Source of the DNA: Nitrospirota bacterium
GTDB lineage: Bacteria; Nitrospirota; Thermodesulfovibrionia; UBA6902; JACROP01
DNA length: 40,649 nucleotides
Reading direction: 5' to 3'
NCBI GenBank assembly: GCA_016214385.1
Contig: JACROP010000158.1
Span: forward strand, 1-40,649
Within the stretch, counting starts at the first letter, position 1, and every line of letters begins with the position of its first letter. Shown piece by piece: positions 16,393-25,107 of the stretch. Below the pieces are notes generated by a model. The model made no database searches and had not been told where the DNA came from. It saw only the letters and a program-made list of their open reading frames with translations. A program made the position numbers and the translations under genes.

Positions 16393-17974
16393 GAATAAGA
16401 AAATTTTAATCCGCGGGGTCAACTGGATAGGAGACGCAGTCCTCACAACTCCGACCATAAGGGCGCTGAGAAAAGCCTTTCCTCAGGCTCACATAAGCCT
16501 CCTCGTAAGGCCATGGGTTGCCCCAATCTTTGAGTCAAACCCTCACATCAACGAGATTATTCTTTATGAAGACAGGTTTAATGGAATCACCGGGAAATTA
16601 AAACTCGCAAAGATATTGAGAGAAAAAAATTTTGATACAGCCATCCTGTTACAGAATGCATTTGATGCGGCCATTATTGCATGGCTTTCAAGAATTCCAG
16701 AGAGGATAGGATACGAAAGGGACGGAAGGGGATTTCTCCTTACAAAGGCAATACCTGTAACAAAAGAGATTCTAAAGAAACATCAGGTCTATTACTACCT
16801 GAATCTCATCGAGGCAATGGGCATCGAGGCAAAAGTCGGTGCGACCAGGGAAGCACAGCTCAGTTACCCCGAACCGTCGGGGCAACGACCTTACATATAT
16901 CTTAGAGATGAAGAAGTCCAGCAGGCGAGGTCTCTTTTAGCCCATTACCCATCACCCATAATAGGCATCAATCCAGGCGCAACCTATGGCTCTGCAAAGA
17001 GATGGATGTCAGAAAGGTTTGCAGGGCTTGCACAGAGGATAATTAATGAACTCGATGGAAAAGTAGTGATATTTGGAGGCCAATCAGAGGTCAAAATTGC
17101 AGATGAAATTGTTAACGAACTCATCACGCATTACGCATCACGCATATTGATGATGGCTGGTAAAACAGATTTGAGGGAGCTTATCACATTAATTAATGAG
17201 TGCGATGCCTTTGTTACCAATGACTCAGGCCCAATGCACATAGCCTCTGCACTCGGTGTACCAATAGTGGCTATATTCGGCTCAACAGACCCGTACATCA
17301 CAGGCCCCCTCGGTGATGGACACAGGGTCATAAAGAAAAATATACAATGCAGCCCGTGCCTGAAGAGAGAATGCCCGGAAGGGTCTCTTAAGTGTATGGA
17401 TGCTATCACAGTCGAGGATGTCTTTGATGCAGTTCAGGATATCTTGCCAAAAAATAAAGCAGTACTCTTAGACAGGGATGGCACCCTTATAGAGGATGCA
17501 AATTATCTAAACGACTTCAGCAAATTAAAAATTTTTCACGGTGCAAAACAAGCCCTCGCAAGACTCAAAACAGCCGGCTTTAAACTCATAGGTGTAACCA
17601 ATCAATCAGGCATCGCCAGGGGAATTGTCAGTGAAGAATTTGTTAAAGAGAGCAATAGTTATATTCAAAAAGAACTCGATATAGATGCGTTCTATTATTG
17701 TCCCCACCATCCTGATGATTCATGCACGTGCAGAAAACCAGAACCAGGGCTCCTCCAAAAAGCAAGGCTTGAACATGGAATAAACCTTAAAAATTCCTAT
17801 ATAATAGGAGATAAATTGTCAGACATGCTTGTTGCAAAAAGAGTCGGGGCAAAGGGCATCTTTGTAATGACAGGAACTGATGTAGAAGTAGCTCAAGGAA
17901 AAGATGTAGCTTCTTATGTGGCAGATGACCTGGAGGGAGCAGTAAATTGGATATTACGGCAGGAAAAACAATGA
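16376..17974 (+). CDS. Fusion: GT9 ADP-heptose:LPS heptosyltransferase (WaaF-like) plus D,D-heptose 1,7-bisphosphate phosphatase (GmhB, HAD-IIIA)
   Basis: N-part: ILIRGVNWIGDAVLTTP ... NDSGPMHIASALGVP. C-part: LLDRDGTLIED, GVTNQSGIARG, CPHHPDDSCTCRKPEPG, IGDKLSD. Confidence 0.85.
   Translation: MAENIKNKKILIRGVNWIGDAVLTTPTIRALRKAFPQAHISLLVRPWVAPIFESNPHINEIILYEDRFNGITGKLKLAKILREKNFDTAILLQNAFDAAIIAWLSRIPERIGYERDGRGFLLTKAIPVTKEILKKHQVYYYLNLIEAMGIEAKVGATREAQLSYPEPSGQRPYIYLRDEEVQQARSLLAHYPSPIIGINPGATYGSAKRWMSERFAGLAQRIINELDGKVVIFGGQSEVKIADEIVNELITHYASRILMMAGKTDLRELITLINECDAFVTNDSGPMHIASALGVPIVAIFGSTDPYITGPLGDGHRVIKKNIQCSPCLKRECPEGSLKCMDAITVEDVFDAVQDILPKNKAVLLDRDGTLIEDANYLNDFSKLKIFHGAKQALARLKTAGFKLIGVTNQSGIARGIVSEEFVKESNSYIQKELDIDAFYYCPHHPDDSCTCRKPEPGLLQKARLEHGINLKNSYIIGDKLSDMLVAKRVGAKGIFVMTGTDVEVAQGKDVASYVADDLEGAVNWILRQEKQ
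16867..16882. repeat. CCCCGA-accg-TCGGGG hairpin inside the WaaF-like domain
   Basis: Read directly. Encodes part of LSYPEPSGQRP. Confidence 0.7.
17124..17144. repeat. Three tandem heptamers (TCACGCA TTACGCA TCACGCA) in frame in the WaaF-GmhB gene
   Basis: 21 nt equals 7 codons, encoding THYASR. Confidence 0.7.
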
Positions 17975-19044
17975 AGACCAGTCCTCCAGAGAGGATACTG
18001 ATAATAAAGCCAAGTTCTCTCGGCGACATTATCCATTCTCTGCCTTTTCTGAAGGCCATAAGAGATTCCTTCCCTGAGGCCTGCATCGAGTGGGTGGTGA
18101 GCAAAAAACTCAAAGGAATCCTGGAAGGCCATCCCCTCATCAACAACCTCATTATCTTTAATAAAGATGAATGGGGACAATTTAAAGATATCTCAAAGAC
18201 TGTAGGGGAAATGTTTGCAGTGATAAAGGAACTCAGGGCAAAGTCATTTGATTTAGTCATAGATTTGCAGGGCCTTTTACGCAGCGGCATTATAAGCTTT
18301 TTTGCCTCAGCGCCTGTAAAAATAGGTTTTGAAGAGGCCAGGGAGGGCAGCCGTCTTTTCTATAATAAAAGAATCTCTGTAAATGGAAGTCTTCACGCTG
18401 TGGATAAGTATCTGGAAATTGCAAAGGCCATACTGAAAGAACACAGAATACAGAATACAGAAAAGGTCGAGTTTCCCCTATACATAGATAGGACTGCAAA
18501 AGAAAGTGTAAAAAAACTCCTCTCGGAGACCTCGACTTATTCGGGGGGTAGACTTAAAGAAAAAGAGTATGTTGTAATCGTGCCATCTGCAAGATGGCAG
18601 ACAAAGAGATGGCCTGCAGAATATTTTGGCGCCCTTATAGCAGGTCTCCCAATCCCATCTGTCATCACAGGCGGAAACGCGGATAAGGAGATTGCACAAA
18701 AAGTTGTGGATTCCTCTAAGGGCAACGGCATCGATCTGTCTGGCAGGACAAACCTGAAAGAGCTCATCGCCCTGATAGCAGGTGCAAAGGCTGTGGTCAG
18801 CAACGACTCAGGCCCTATGCACATCGCTGCAGCACTCAACATACCTGTTGTAGCGCTCTTTGGCCCTACAGACCCTGAAAAGACAGGGCCGTACGGATGG
18901 AATCGTCCCGGAGCTTATGGTCTAACAGTATTGCGGTCTTCTTTAAACTGCAGCCCCTGTTTTAAAAAAACATGCAAGGAACCAATATGCATGAGCGCCA
19001 TACCTGTAAAAACAGTCTTTGAAGAATTGAGGAAATACCTGTGA
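17971..19044 (+). CDS. GT9 heptosyltransferase (WaaC/WaaQ-like)
   Basis: ILIIKPSSLGDIIHSLP and NDSGPMHIAAALNIP. Start set at ATG 17971 (ATGA overlap with the upstream stop). The ORF-track TTG at 17947 remains possible. Confidence 0.8.
   Translation: MKTSPPERILIIKPSSLGDIIHSLPFLKAIRDSFPEACIEWVVSKKLKGILEGHPLINNLIIFNKDEWGQFKDISKTVGEMFAVIKELRAKSFDLVIDLQGLLRSGIISFFASAPVKIGFEEAREGSRLFYNKRISVNGSLHAVDKYLEIAKAILKEHRIQNTEKVEFPLYIDRTAKESVKKLLSETSTYSGGRLKEKEYVVIVPSARWQTKRWPAEYFGALIAGLPIPSVITGGNADKEIAQKVVDSSKGNGIDLSGRTNLKELIALIAGAKAVVSNDSGPMHIAAALNIPVVALFGPTDPEKTGPYGWNRPGAYGLTVLRSSLNCSPCFKKTCKEPICMSAIPVKTVFEELRKYL
18443..18463. repeat. Three tandem heptamers (ACAGAAT x2, ACAGAAA) in frame in the heptosyltransferase gene
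   Basis: 21 nt. The unit is the reverse complement (cyclic permutation) of the CTGTATT units at 19108..19121. Confidence 0.7.
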
Positions 19045-19823
19045 AAACAGTCAGGGGTCAGGGGTCAGGGGTCAGAGGTCAGAGGTCAGAGAACAGACTT
19101 CTGTTTCCTGTATTCTGTATTCTGTGCTCTATGCTCTGCATCCTATTTCTTCCTATCAATCTTAAGGCCGACCCATCAATACCCGAGAGATTAACCTATT
19201 CCCTTTACTGGATTGGCGTAAAAGCTGGCACTGCCACCATGCAGGTCGAAGATACTGCAGAAGGCATCAATATTACATCACGGGCCAATTCTGACGAATG
19301 GGTATCTGTCTTTTATACTGTTGAGGACTTTGCCCGGAGCGCCATCAGACCAGATGGATACCCTAAGAACTACAGGATAAAGATAAGAGAGGGCCGGCAC
19401 AGGAGGGATAAAGAGGTTCAATTCTACACAGAATCTCACAAAGCCCTTTATAACGATTATATTAAGAATGAGCAGATTGAATTTGATTTGCAAAAACAGG
19501 CATTTGACCCACTTTCTGGCCTTTATGAGCTGAGGAAAAGAGACCTCAGGGTAGGCCGCACCGAATACATAGATAATATCTTTGACAGTAAAAAGCTCTG
19601 GAGTGTCGAGGTCCAGGTCTTAAGAAAAGAAAAAATAAAGACGCCAGCCGGCGAATTTGACACTATAGTTGTAAAACCTATCATTAAATCCGAAGGCCTT
19701 TTCATGAGCAAAGGTGAAATCCTTATCTGGCTAACAGATGATTTAAAGAAGGTCCCGGTTATGATGAAGACAAAGATTAAACTGGGAAGCATTACTGCAA
19801 CACTCACAGGAGGGGAGTTTTAA
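19041..19823 (+). CDS. DUF3108-like exported protein
   Basis: LTYSLYWIGVKAGTATMQVED ... ITATL, typical of DUF3108 from memory. GTGA overlap with the upstream stop. ATG 19131 is an alternative start, which would place the heptamer arrays in a 5' UTR. Confidence 0.6.
   Translation: MKTVRGQGSGVRGQRSENRLLFPVFCILCSMLCILFLPINLKADPSIPERLTYSLYWIGVKAGTATMQVEDTAEGINITSRANSDEWVSVFYTVEDFARSAIRPDGYPKNYRIKIREGRHRRDKEVQFYTESHKALYNDYIKNEQIEFDLQKQAFDPLSGLYELRKRDLRVGRTEYIDNIFDSKKLWSVEVQVLRKEKIKTPAGEFDTIVVKPIIKSEGLFMSKGEILIWLTDDLKKVPVMMKTKIKLGSITATLTGGEF
19051..19149. repeat. Two adjacent heptamer arrays: (TCAGGGG)3(TCAGAGG)2 TCAGAGA, then seven CTGTATT-like units
   Basis: 19051..19092 is 42 nt (6 units). 19101..19149 is 49 nt (7 units). 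Both lie at the 5' end of the DUF3108 gene. Confidence 0.85.
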
Positions 19824-19829
19824 GCCGTC

Positions 19830-20639
19830 ATGCTCTCAGTAGCCATAATTACCCATAATGAAGAGGTCAATATAAAAGACGCCCTTGAAAGCGTAAAATG
19901 GGCTGATGAGATTGTCATAGTAGATTCTTTCAGCACTGATAAGACACTGGGTATCTGCAGGTTGTACACAGACAAAATCTATTCTCAGGAGTGGGCGGGT
20001 TATGCAGAACAGAAAAATAAGGCTGTCTCATTGGCAAGTCACCCATGGGTACTTGTGCTCGATGCAGATGAGCGGGTAACAAAGAGTTTAAGGGATGAAA
20101 TTCTTAGCATAATTAGAAACACAAAAGACAATGAAAATTACCCCTCCCCCACCCCCCTCCCTCAAGGGGAGGGGGCAAGGGGGAGGGTGGATGGCTATTA
20201 CATCCCGAGAAAAAATTTTTTCCTTGGCCGCTGGATCCGGCATGGCGGATGGTGGCCTGACTATGCACTGAGGCTTTTTAGAAAAGAAAAGGGATTTTTC
20301 GAAGACCGTGAGGTGCATGAGTCTGTAAAATTAAATGGCGAGACCGGCTATCTCAACAACCCGGTAGAACATTACACATACAGAGATATAGAGGACTACA
20401 TTAAAAGAATGAACACTTACTCTACATTGGCTGCAAGAGAGCTTTTTAAAAAAGACAGGGGTGCAGGCATTTTTGACCTGACACTAAGGCCTCTTTTTAC
20501 GTTTTTTAAGATGTATCTCCTTAGACTGGGGTTTTTAGATGGTCTATATGGCCTTATCCTTGCCGTGCTTTATTCTGTTTATACCTTCAGCAAGTATATT
20601 AAACTGTGGGAGATGCAAAAAACAAAGGGTAGATATTAG
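19830..20639 (+). CDS. Family 2 glycosyltransferase (LPS-core type)
   Basis: SVAIITHNEE, IVIVDSFSTDKT and LDADE motifs. Carries an in-frame GC-rich palindrome. Confidence 0.8.
   Translation: MLSVAIITHNEEVNIKDALESVKWADEIVIVDSFSTDKTLGICRLYTDKIYSQEWAGYAEQKNKAVSLASHPWVLVLDADERVTKSLRDEILSIIRNTKDNENYPSPTPLPQGEGARGRVDGYYIPRKNFFLGRWIRHGGWWPDYALRLFRKEKGFFEDREVHESVKLNGETGYLNNPVEHYTYRDIEDYIKRMNTYSTLAARELFKKDRGAGIFDLTLRPLFTFFKMYLLRLGFLDGLYGLILAVLYSVYTFSKYIKLWEMQKTKGRY
20141..20190. repeat. GC-rich nested palindrome inserted in frame in the GT2 gene
   Basis: cccctcccccacccccctccctcaaggggagggggcaagggggagggtgg. Stems CCCCTCC/GGAGGGG and CCACCC/GGGTGG. Encodes PSPTPLPQGEGARGRVD. Confidence 0.7.
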
Positions 20640-20672
20640 GATTTAGAATCTGTCTTAATTCAGGGGGATAAA

Positions 20673-21974
20673 ATGCATATAGGCGTTATAGGTACAGGTT
20701 ATGTTGGACTTATTACAGGCGTCTGCTTTGCAGAATTCGGCGTTAATGTTACCTGTGCGGACAAAGACGAAAAAAAGATAAAAAGCCTGAAGAAAGGCAT
20801 TGTGCCCTTTTATGAGCCAGGGCTTGAAGAAACGCTTCAGAGAAATCTCAAGGCAGGACGCATCCGCTTCACAACAAACATTGCTGATGCAGTGGATTCC
20901 TCCCTGGCAATCTTTATAGCAGTTGGTACTCCTCCAAGGGGAGATGGCTCGGCAGACCTTGGATACATAGAAGATGTTTCAAAAGAAATAGCAAAACACA
21001 TGAAGAGCTACAAGGTGATTGTGACTAAAAGCACTGTGCCGGTTGGCACCGGAGAAAAAATAAAAGCGCTTATCTCCAGAAATCTTAAAGAAAAGGTAGA
21101 TTTTGACGTTGTCTCAAACCCTGAGTTCTTAAGAGAAGGCTCAGGCATAGAGGACTTCATGAGGCCCAACAGAGTCGTTATAGGAGCCTCCAGTCCGCAG
21201 GCCATTGCTATCCTGAAAGACCTTTACAGGCCACTTTATTTAATCGAGACACCATTTATCACCACAACCGTAAAATCAGCAGAGCTTATAAAATATGCCT
21301 CCAATGCCTTTTTAGCAACAAAGATATCCTTTATCAACGAGATTGCAAACCTGTGCGAAGATGTCGGGGCCGATGTCCATGTGGTTGCGAAGGCAATGGG
21401 TCTTGACCACAGGATAGGCCCAAAATTTCTCCATCCAGGGCCTGGCTACGGCGGTTCATGTTTTCCAAAAGATACACGTGCCCTCCTGCAGTTAGCAGGG
21501 GAAAACAAAACTGCCCTTGAAGTAGTAAAGGCAGCCATAAAAGCCAATGAAAACCAGAAACATCGGGCAGTAGAAAAAATAAAAAATGCCATGGGCGTAT
21601 TAAAGGGAAAAACAATCGCTGTACTGGGCCTTTCCTTTAAGCCAAATACCAATGATATCAGGGAGGCCCCGTCCCTTTACATTATTGACAACCTGCTTAA
21701 AGAGGGTGCAAAGACAAAAGCCTATGACCCAGTTGCAATGGAGGATGCCAGAGAGCTCTTCCCTAAAATAAAGTATTGCAGGGATTCTTATGATGCATCA
21801 AAAGGAGCTGACGCCATTGTAATAGTCACAGAGTGGAATCAGTTTAGAAACCTGGACATAAGAAAAATAAAAGAACTCATGCGAGGCAACTTCTTCTTTG
21901 ATCTTAGAAATATCTATGAGCCTGAGAAGATGAGAAAACTCGGATTTCATTATTATTCTGTTGGAAGGACATAA
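20673..21974 (+). CDS. ugd: UDP-glucose 6-dehydrogenase
   Basis: IGVIGTGYVGL and GGSCFPKD catalytic Cys motif, 433 aa. Confidence 0.9.
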   Translation: MHIGVIGTGYVGLITGVCFAEFGVNVTCADKDEKKIKSLKKGIVPFYEPGLEETLQRNLKAGRIRFTTNIADAVDSSLAIFIAVGTPPRGDGSADLGYIEDVSKEIAKHMKSYKVIVTKSTVPVGTGEKIKALISRNLKEKVDFDVVSNPEFLREGSGIEDFMRPNRVVIGASSPQAIAILKDLYRPLYLIETPFITTTVKSAELIKYASNAFLATKISFINEIANLCEDVGADVHVVAKAMGLDHRIGPKFLHPGPGYGGSCFPKDTRALLQLAGENKTALEVVKAAIKANENQKHRAVEKIKNAMGVLKGKTIAVLGLSFKPNTNDIREAPSLYIIDNLLKEGAKTKAYDPVAMEDARELFPKIKYCRDSYDASKGADAIVIVTEWNQFRNLDIRKIKELMRGNFFFDLRNIYEPEKMRKLGFHYYSVGRT

Positions 21975-22029
21975 CCCCGTTACTCCTCTGCTCCTTGACT
22001 TTAGGAGCCGGATTCCACTAAATTAACTG

Positions 22030-22776
22030 ATGCGAAGACCCCTTATAGCAGCAAACTGGAAAATGAATAAGACAATAAAAGAAACGAGGGATTTTATAAG
22101 CGCCTTTCTCCCATTGGTCAAAGATGTTACAAATGTTGATATTGCGCTTGCGCCACCCTTTACTTCCCTGCTAACTGCAGCCAATCTGTTACAGGGAACC
22201 AATATAAAACTTGCAGGCCAGAATGTTTTCTATGAGGAAAAAGGTGCCTTTACAGGAGAGATTTCTCCTGCCATGCTCCGTGATACAGGATGCAGCCATG
22301 TGATTATCGGCCACTCTGAAAGGAGGCAATATTTCTCAGAAACCGATGAGGTTGTAAATAAAAAGCTCAGGGCAGCAAGAAAAAATGGCCTCGAGATTAT
22401 CCTCTGTATCGGAGAGTCCCTTACAGAAAGGGAGGAAAATAGAACTTTTGAGGTTCTTGATAAACAACTCTCAGGTTCGCTAAGAGATATACCCATAGAA
22501 GGGATAACAATTGCCTATGAACCAGTATGGGCCATAGGTACAGGAAAGACTGCCACATCGTCTCAGGCCAATGAGGCTCACACCTTTATAAGGGGCCATC
22601 TGGGAGAGCGATATGGAGAAGGTGCTAAAAATATCAGGATTCTTTATGGTGGAAGTGTGACCCCTGAAAACATTGATTCCCTGATGGCAGAGTCAGAAGT
22701 AGACGGGGCACTTGTCGGTGGCGCAAGCCTTAAGACAGAGAGCTTTGCAAGAATAATAAAGTTTCAAAAATCATAG
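22030..22776 (+). CDS. tpiA: Triosephosphate isomerase
   Basis: IAANWKMN, IIGHSERR and AYEPVWAIGTG. Confidence 0.95.
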   Translation: MRRPLIAANWKMNKTIKETRDFISAFLPLVKDVTNVDIALAPPFTSLLTAANLLQGTNIKLAGQNVFYEEKGAFTGEISPAMLRDTGCSHVIIGHSERRQYFSETDEVVNKKLRAARKNGLEIILCIGESLTEREENRTFEVLDKQLSGSLRDIPIEGITIAYEPVWAIGTGKTATSSQANEAHTFIRGHLGERYGEGAKNIRILYGGSVTPENIDSLMAESEVDGALVGGASLKTESFARIIKFQKS

Positions 22777-22786
22777 GAGGAAATAG

Positions 22787-23131
22787 ATGTTTACATTAAT
22801 AGTTGTAATTCACCTGATGGTCTGTGTGTTTTTAATATTCATTGTACTGCTACAGAGCACCAAGGGAGCGCAGATTGGCGCTGCCTTTGGAGGTTCAAGC
22901 CAGACCCTTTTTGGAAGTCGGGGTGCGGCAACTTTTTTAAATAAACTCACCACAGTTGCAGCCATTGTCTTTATGTTGACTTCTTTAAGCCTTGCTGTTT
23001 TATCTGCCAAAAGAGGCTCTATCGTGCTGCAAAAACAGCCTGTTCAGGAAACTCCAGCAAAACCCTTTTCAGAATCTCCTTCAGGCCCTGTACAGGAAAA
23101 ACCTGCGGCTCCTCCCCAGCCAGCAAAATAA
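22787..23131 (+). CDS. secG: Preprotein translocase subunit SecG
   Basis: [16 protein letters not shown], two TM helices, tpiA-secG synteny. Confidence 0.85.
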   Translation: MFTLIVVIHLMVCVFLIFIVLLQSTKGAQIGAAFGGSSQTLFGSRGAATFLNKLTTVAAIVFMLTSLSLAVLSAKRGSIVLQKQPVQETPAKPFSESPSGPVQEKPAAPPQPAK

Positions 23132-23187
23132 CCAGGGTATTTCCTTTTTAGAGAGGATGTTCCCTGTATAATGTTTAAGATTTGCTT

Positions 23188-23217
23188 TAAAAATTCCTTG
23201 CAACAACCTATAAAAAT
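23188..23217 (+). promoter_or_regulatory. Putative sigma-70 promoter for the HD-GYP gene
   Basis: TTGCAA (23188-23193), 18-nt spacer ending in TGt, then TAAAAT (23212-23217), about 20 nt before ATG 23237. Confidence 0.4.
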
Positions 23218-23236
23218 GTGTTAAAATTTGTTTTAA

Positions 23237-25021
23237 ATGACAGCCCTTAAAAAGAGACTCGGTCTCACTCTAAGGCACAGGCTGGTCCTGACCATAACCC
23301 TGGCCAATGCCCTTCTCCTCAGTATAATGGTATGGCAGGCTTTCTCCATCTATCATAAGAGTCTCTCAAGAGAAGTATCTGCAAAACACACTGCACTGAT
23401 AAACGGCTATGTAAACACATGTGCAAAGTTCATCCTGGAGGAAGACTGGGGAGGACTTTCAGAAACAACAACTGCTCTTAAAAACCATCCAGGAGTAATC
23501 TCCGCGACTGTAACGGATAGTAATGGGAAAGTAATCTTCAGTAGCGACGCAAAAATGGTCGGCAAAACTCTCGAAGAGATAAAGATAAAGAAAGCTGCCT
23601 CTGAAGAAAATCAAGATGTAATTACTCCAATCTCAGTGAACGAACATAATGTAGGCACATTATGGGTAAGGTTCTCAATTAAGGATATCGTAGATGGGAA
23701 AAAACGGGCAAAAAATATTGCCTTTGGAATCAGTATCCTCCTGATCTCATTAAATGCAGCAGTGGTTTTTATCCTGGGAAAGACCTTTGCAAAACCTATT
23801 GAAAAGCTGGCATCAATCAGCAGGAGGATATCCCGGGGTGATTATTCTACACATATAAGGGTAACTACAGAAGATGAGGTTGGAGACCTTCAAAAAGCCC
23901 TTATACACATGATTCAATCCTTGAAAATGAAGGAAGAAGATATAAGAAAAGAGGCTGAAAGGACATCGATTGTTTGTGAGTTGGGTAAGACCATAAATTC
24001 AAAGCTAAACATAGACGACGTCTATTACACCTTTGCTCAGGGAGTAAAAAAACTGGTCCCTTATGACAGGATCAGCATTTCCTCCTGTGATGAAAAAACA
24101 GGCACAATCCATATGGTCGCTGTTTTACAAAATAATGGGTCAGCATCCGCTGAAAAAATAATCAGACCGAAGGAAAGAAGTGCCATTGGCTGGGCAATCG
24201 ACAAGAAAAAACCATTTATCCGTAAGGATACCGCCCTTGAGAAGCAATTCTACGAAGATAAAATTGAGGGGATACGGTCTTATATAATCGTGCCGCTGAT
24301 TTCCAAAGGCAAGGCCATCGGGACCTTCAACCTCGGCAGCCATATCCCAAACAGTTATGACGCAACAGTCCTCGAAATCCTTTTGCCCCTTTCCCAGCAA
24401 GTAACTATTGCCATGGAAAATTCCATGCTCTTCAGTGAACTTCAAAACCTGTTTATAAACACCATAACAACCCTCACAGAAGCCATTGATGCAAAATCCG
24501 GCTGGACAAGGGGACATTCTGACAGGGTAATGGCATTATCCATAGCTATAGGGGCTAAGATGGGGCTTAATAAAAGTGCATTGGATAGACTCAAGCTTGC
24601 AGCCCTTCTTCACGATATAGGCAAGATAGGCACTGACAGAGAGCTTCTATATAAATCAGGTGCTTTAATGGGAAGCGAGTACGATGAGTTTAAAAAACAT
24701 CCTTCAAAAGGAGAGGAGATATTGAGGCATATCAAACAGCTTCAAGACATCATGCCTGATATCAGGCATCACCATGAGAGGTATGATGGAAAAGGCTATC
24801 CTGATGGTCTCTCGAGGGATGCGATACCAATAGGCGCAAGGATACTCGCTGCTGCAGATGCCTTTGATGCCATGACAACCGACAGACCTTACAGATCTGC
24901 TAAATCTCTTGCGGAAGCTAAGGATGAACTCATAAAATGTTCAGGGACACAATTCGAGCCTGATGTTGTAAAAGCACTTATTGAGGTCTTAGAGAGTGAT
25001 ATATCAAAAGGCATCGGGTAG
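23237..25021 (+). CDS. Membrane signalling protein: HAMP, GAF and HD-GYP domains (putative c-di-GMP phosphodiesterase)
   Basis: Two TM segments, HAMP (PIEKLASISRRISRGDYS), GAF region, HDIGKIG and HHERYDGKGYPDG. Confidence 0.85.
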   Translation: MTALKKRLGLTLRHRLVLTITLANALLLSIMVWQAFSIYHKSLSREVSAKHTALINGYVNTCAKFILEEDWGGLSETTTALKNHPGVISATVTDSNGKVIFSSDAKMVGKTLEEIKIKKAASEENQDVITPISVNEHNVGTLWVRFSIKDIVDGKKRAKNIAFGISILLISLNAAVVFILGKTFAKPIEKLASISRRISRGDYSTHIRVTTEDEVGDLQKALIHMIQSLKMKEEDIRKEAERTSIVCELGKTINSKLNIDDVYYTFAQGVKKLVPYDRISISSCDEKTGTIHMVAVLQNNGSASAEKIIRPKERSAIGWAIDKKKPFIRKDTALEKQFYEDKIEGIRSYIIVPLISKGKAIGTFNLGSHIPNSYDATVLEILLPLSQQVTIAMENSMLFSELQNLFINTITTLTEAIDAKSGWTRGHSDRVMALSIAIGAKMGLNKSALDRLKLAALLHDIGKIGTDRELLYKSGALMGSEYDEFKKHPSKGEEILRHIKQLQDIMPDIRHHHERYDGKGYPDGLSRDAIPIGARILAAADAFDAMTTDRPYRSAKSLAEAKDELIKCSGTQFEPDVVKALIEVLESDISKGIG

Positions 25022-25107
25022 GATGGCATTAGCACACCCTACCCATCTACTCATTGTCCTGTCCTTATCAGCCACGGCTGATTCGCTGTGGCGAAAAAGG
25101 CTAATTT

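Noticed and set aside
25070-25093. Hairpin GCCACGGC-tgattc-GCTGTGGC between the convergent HD-GYP and cytochrome genes, considered as a bidirectional terminator
   Set aside because: The stem is imperfect, and neither strand has a downstream T-run in the right place. Left uncalled.
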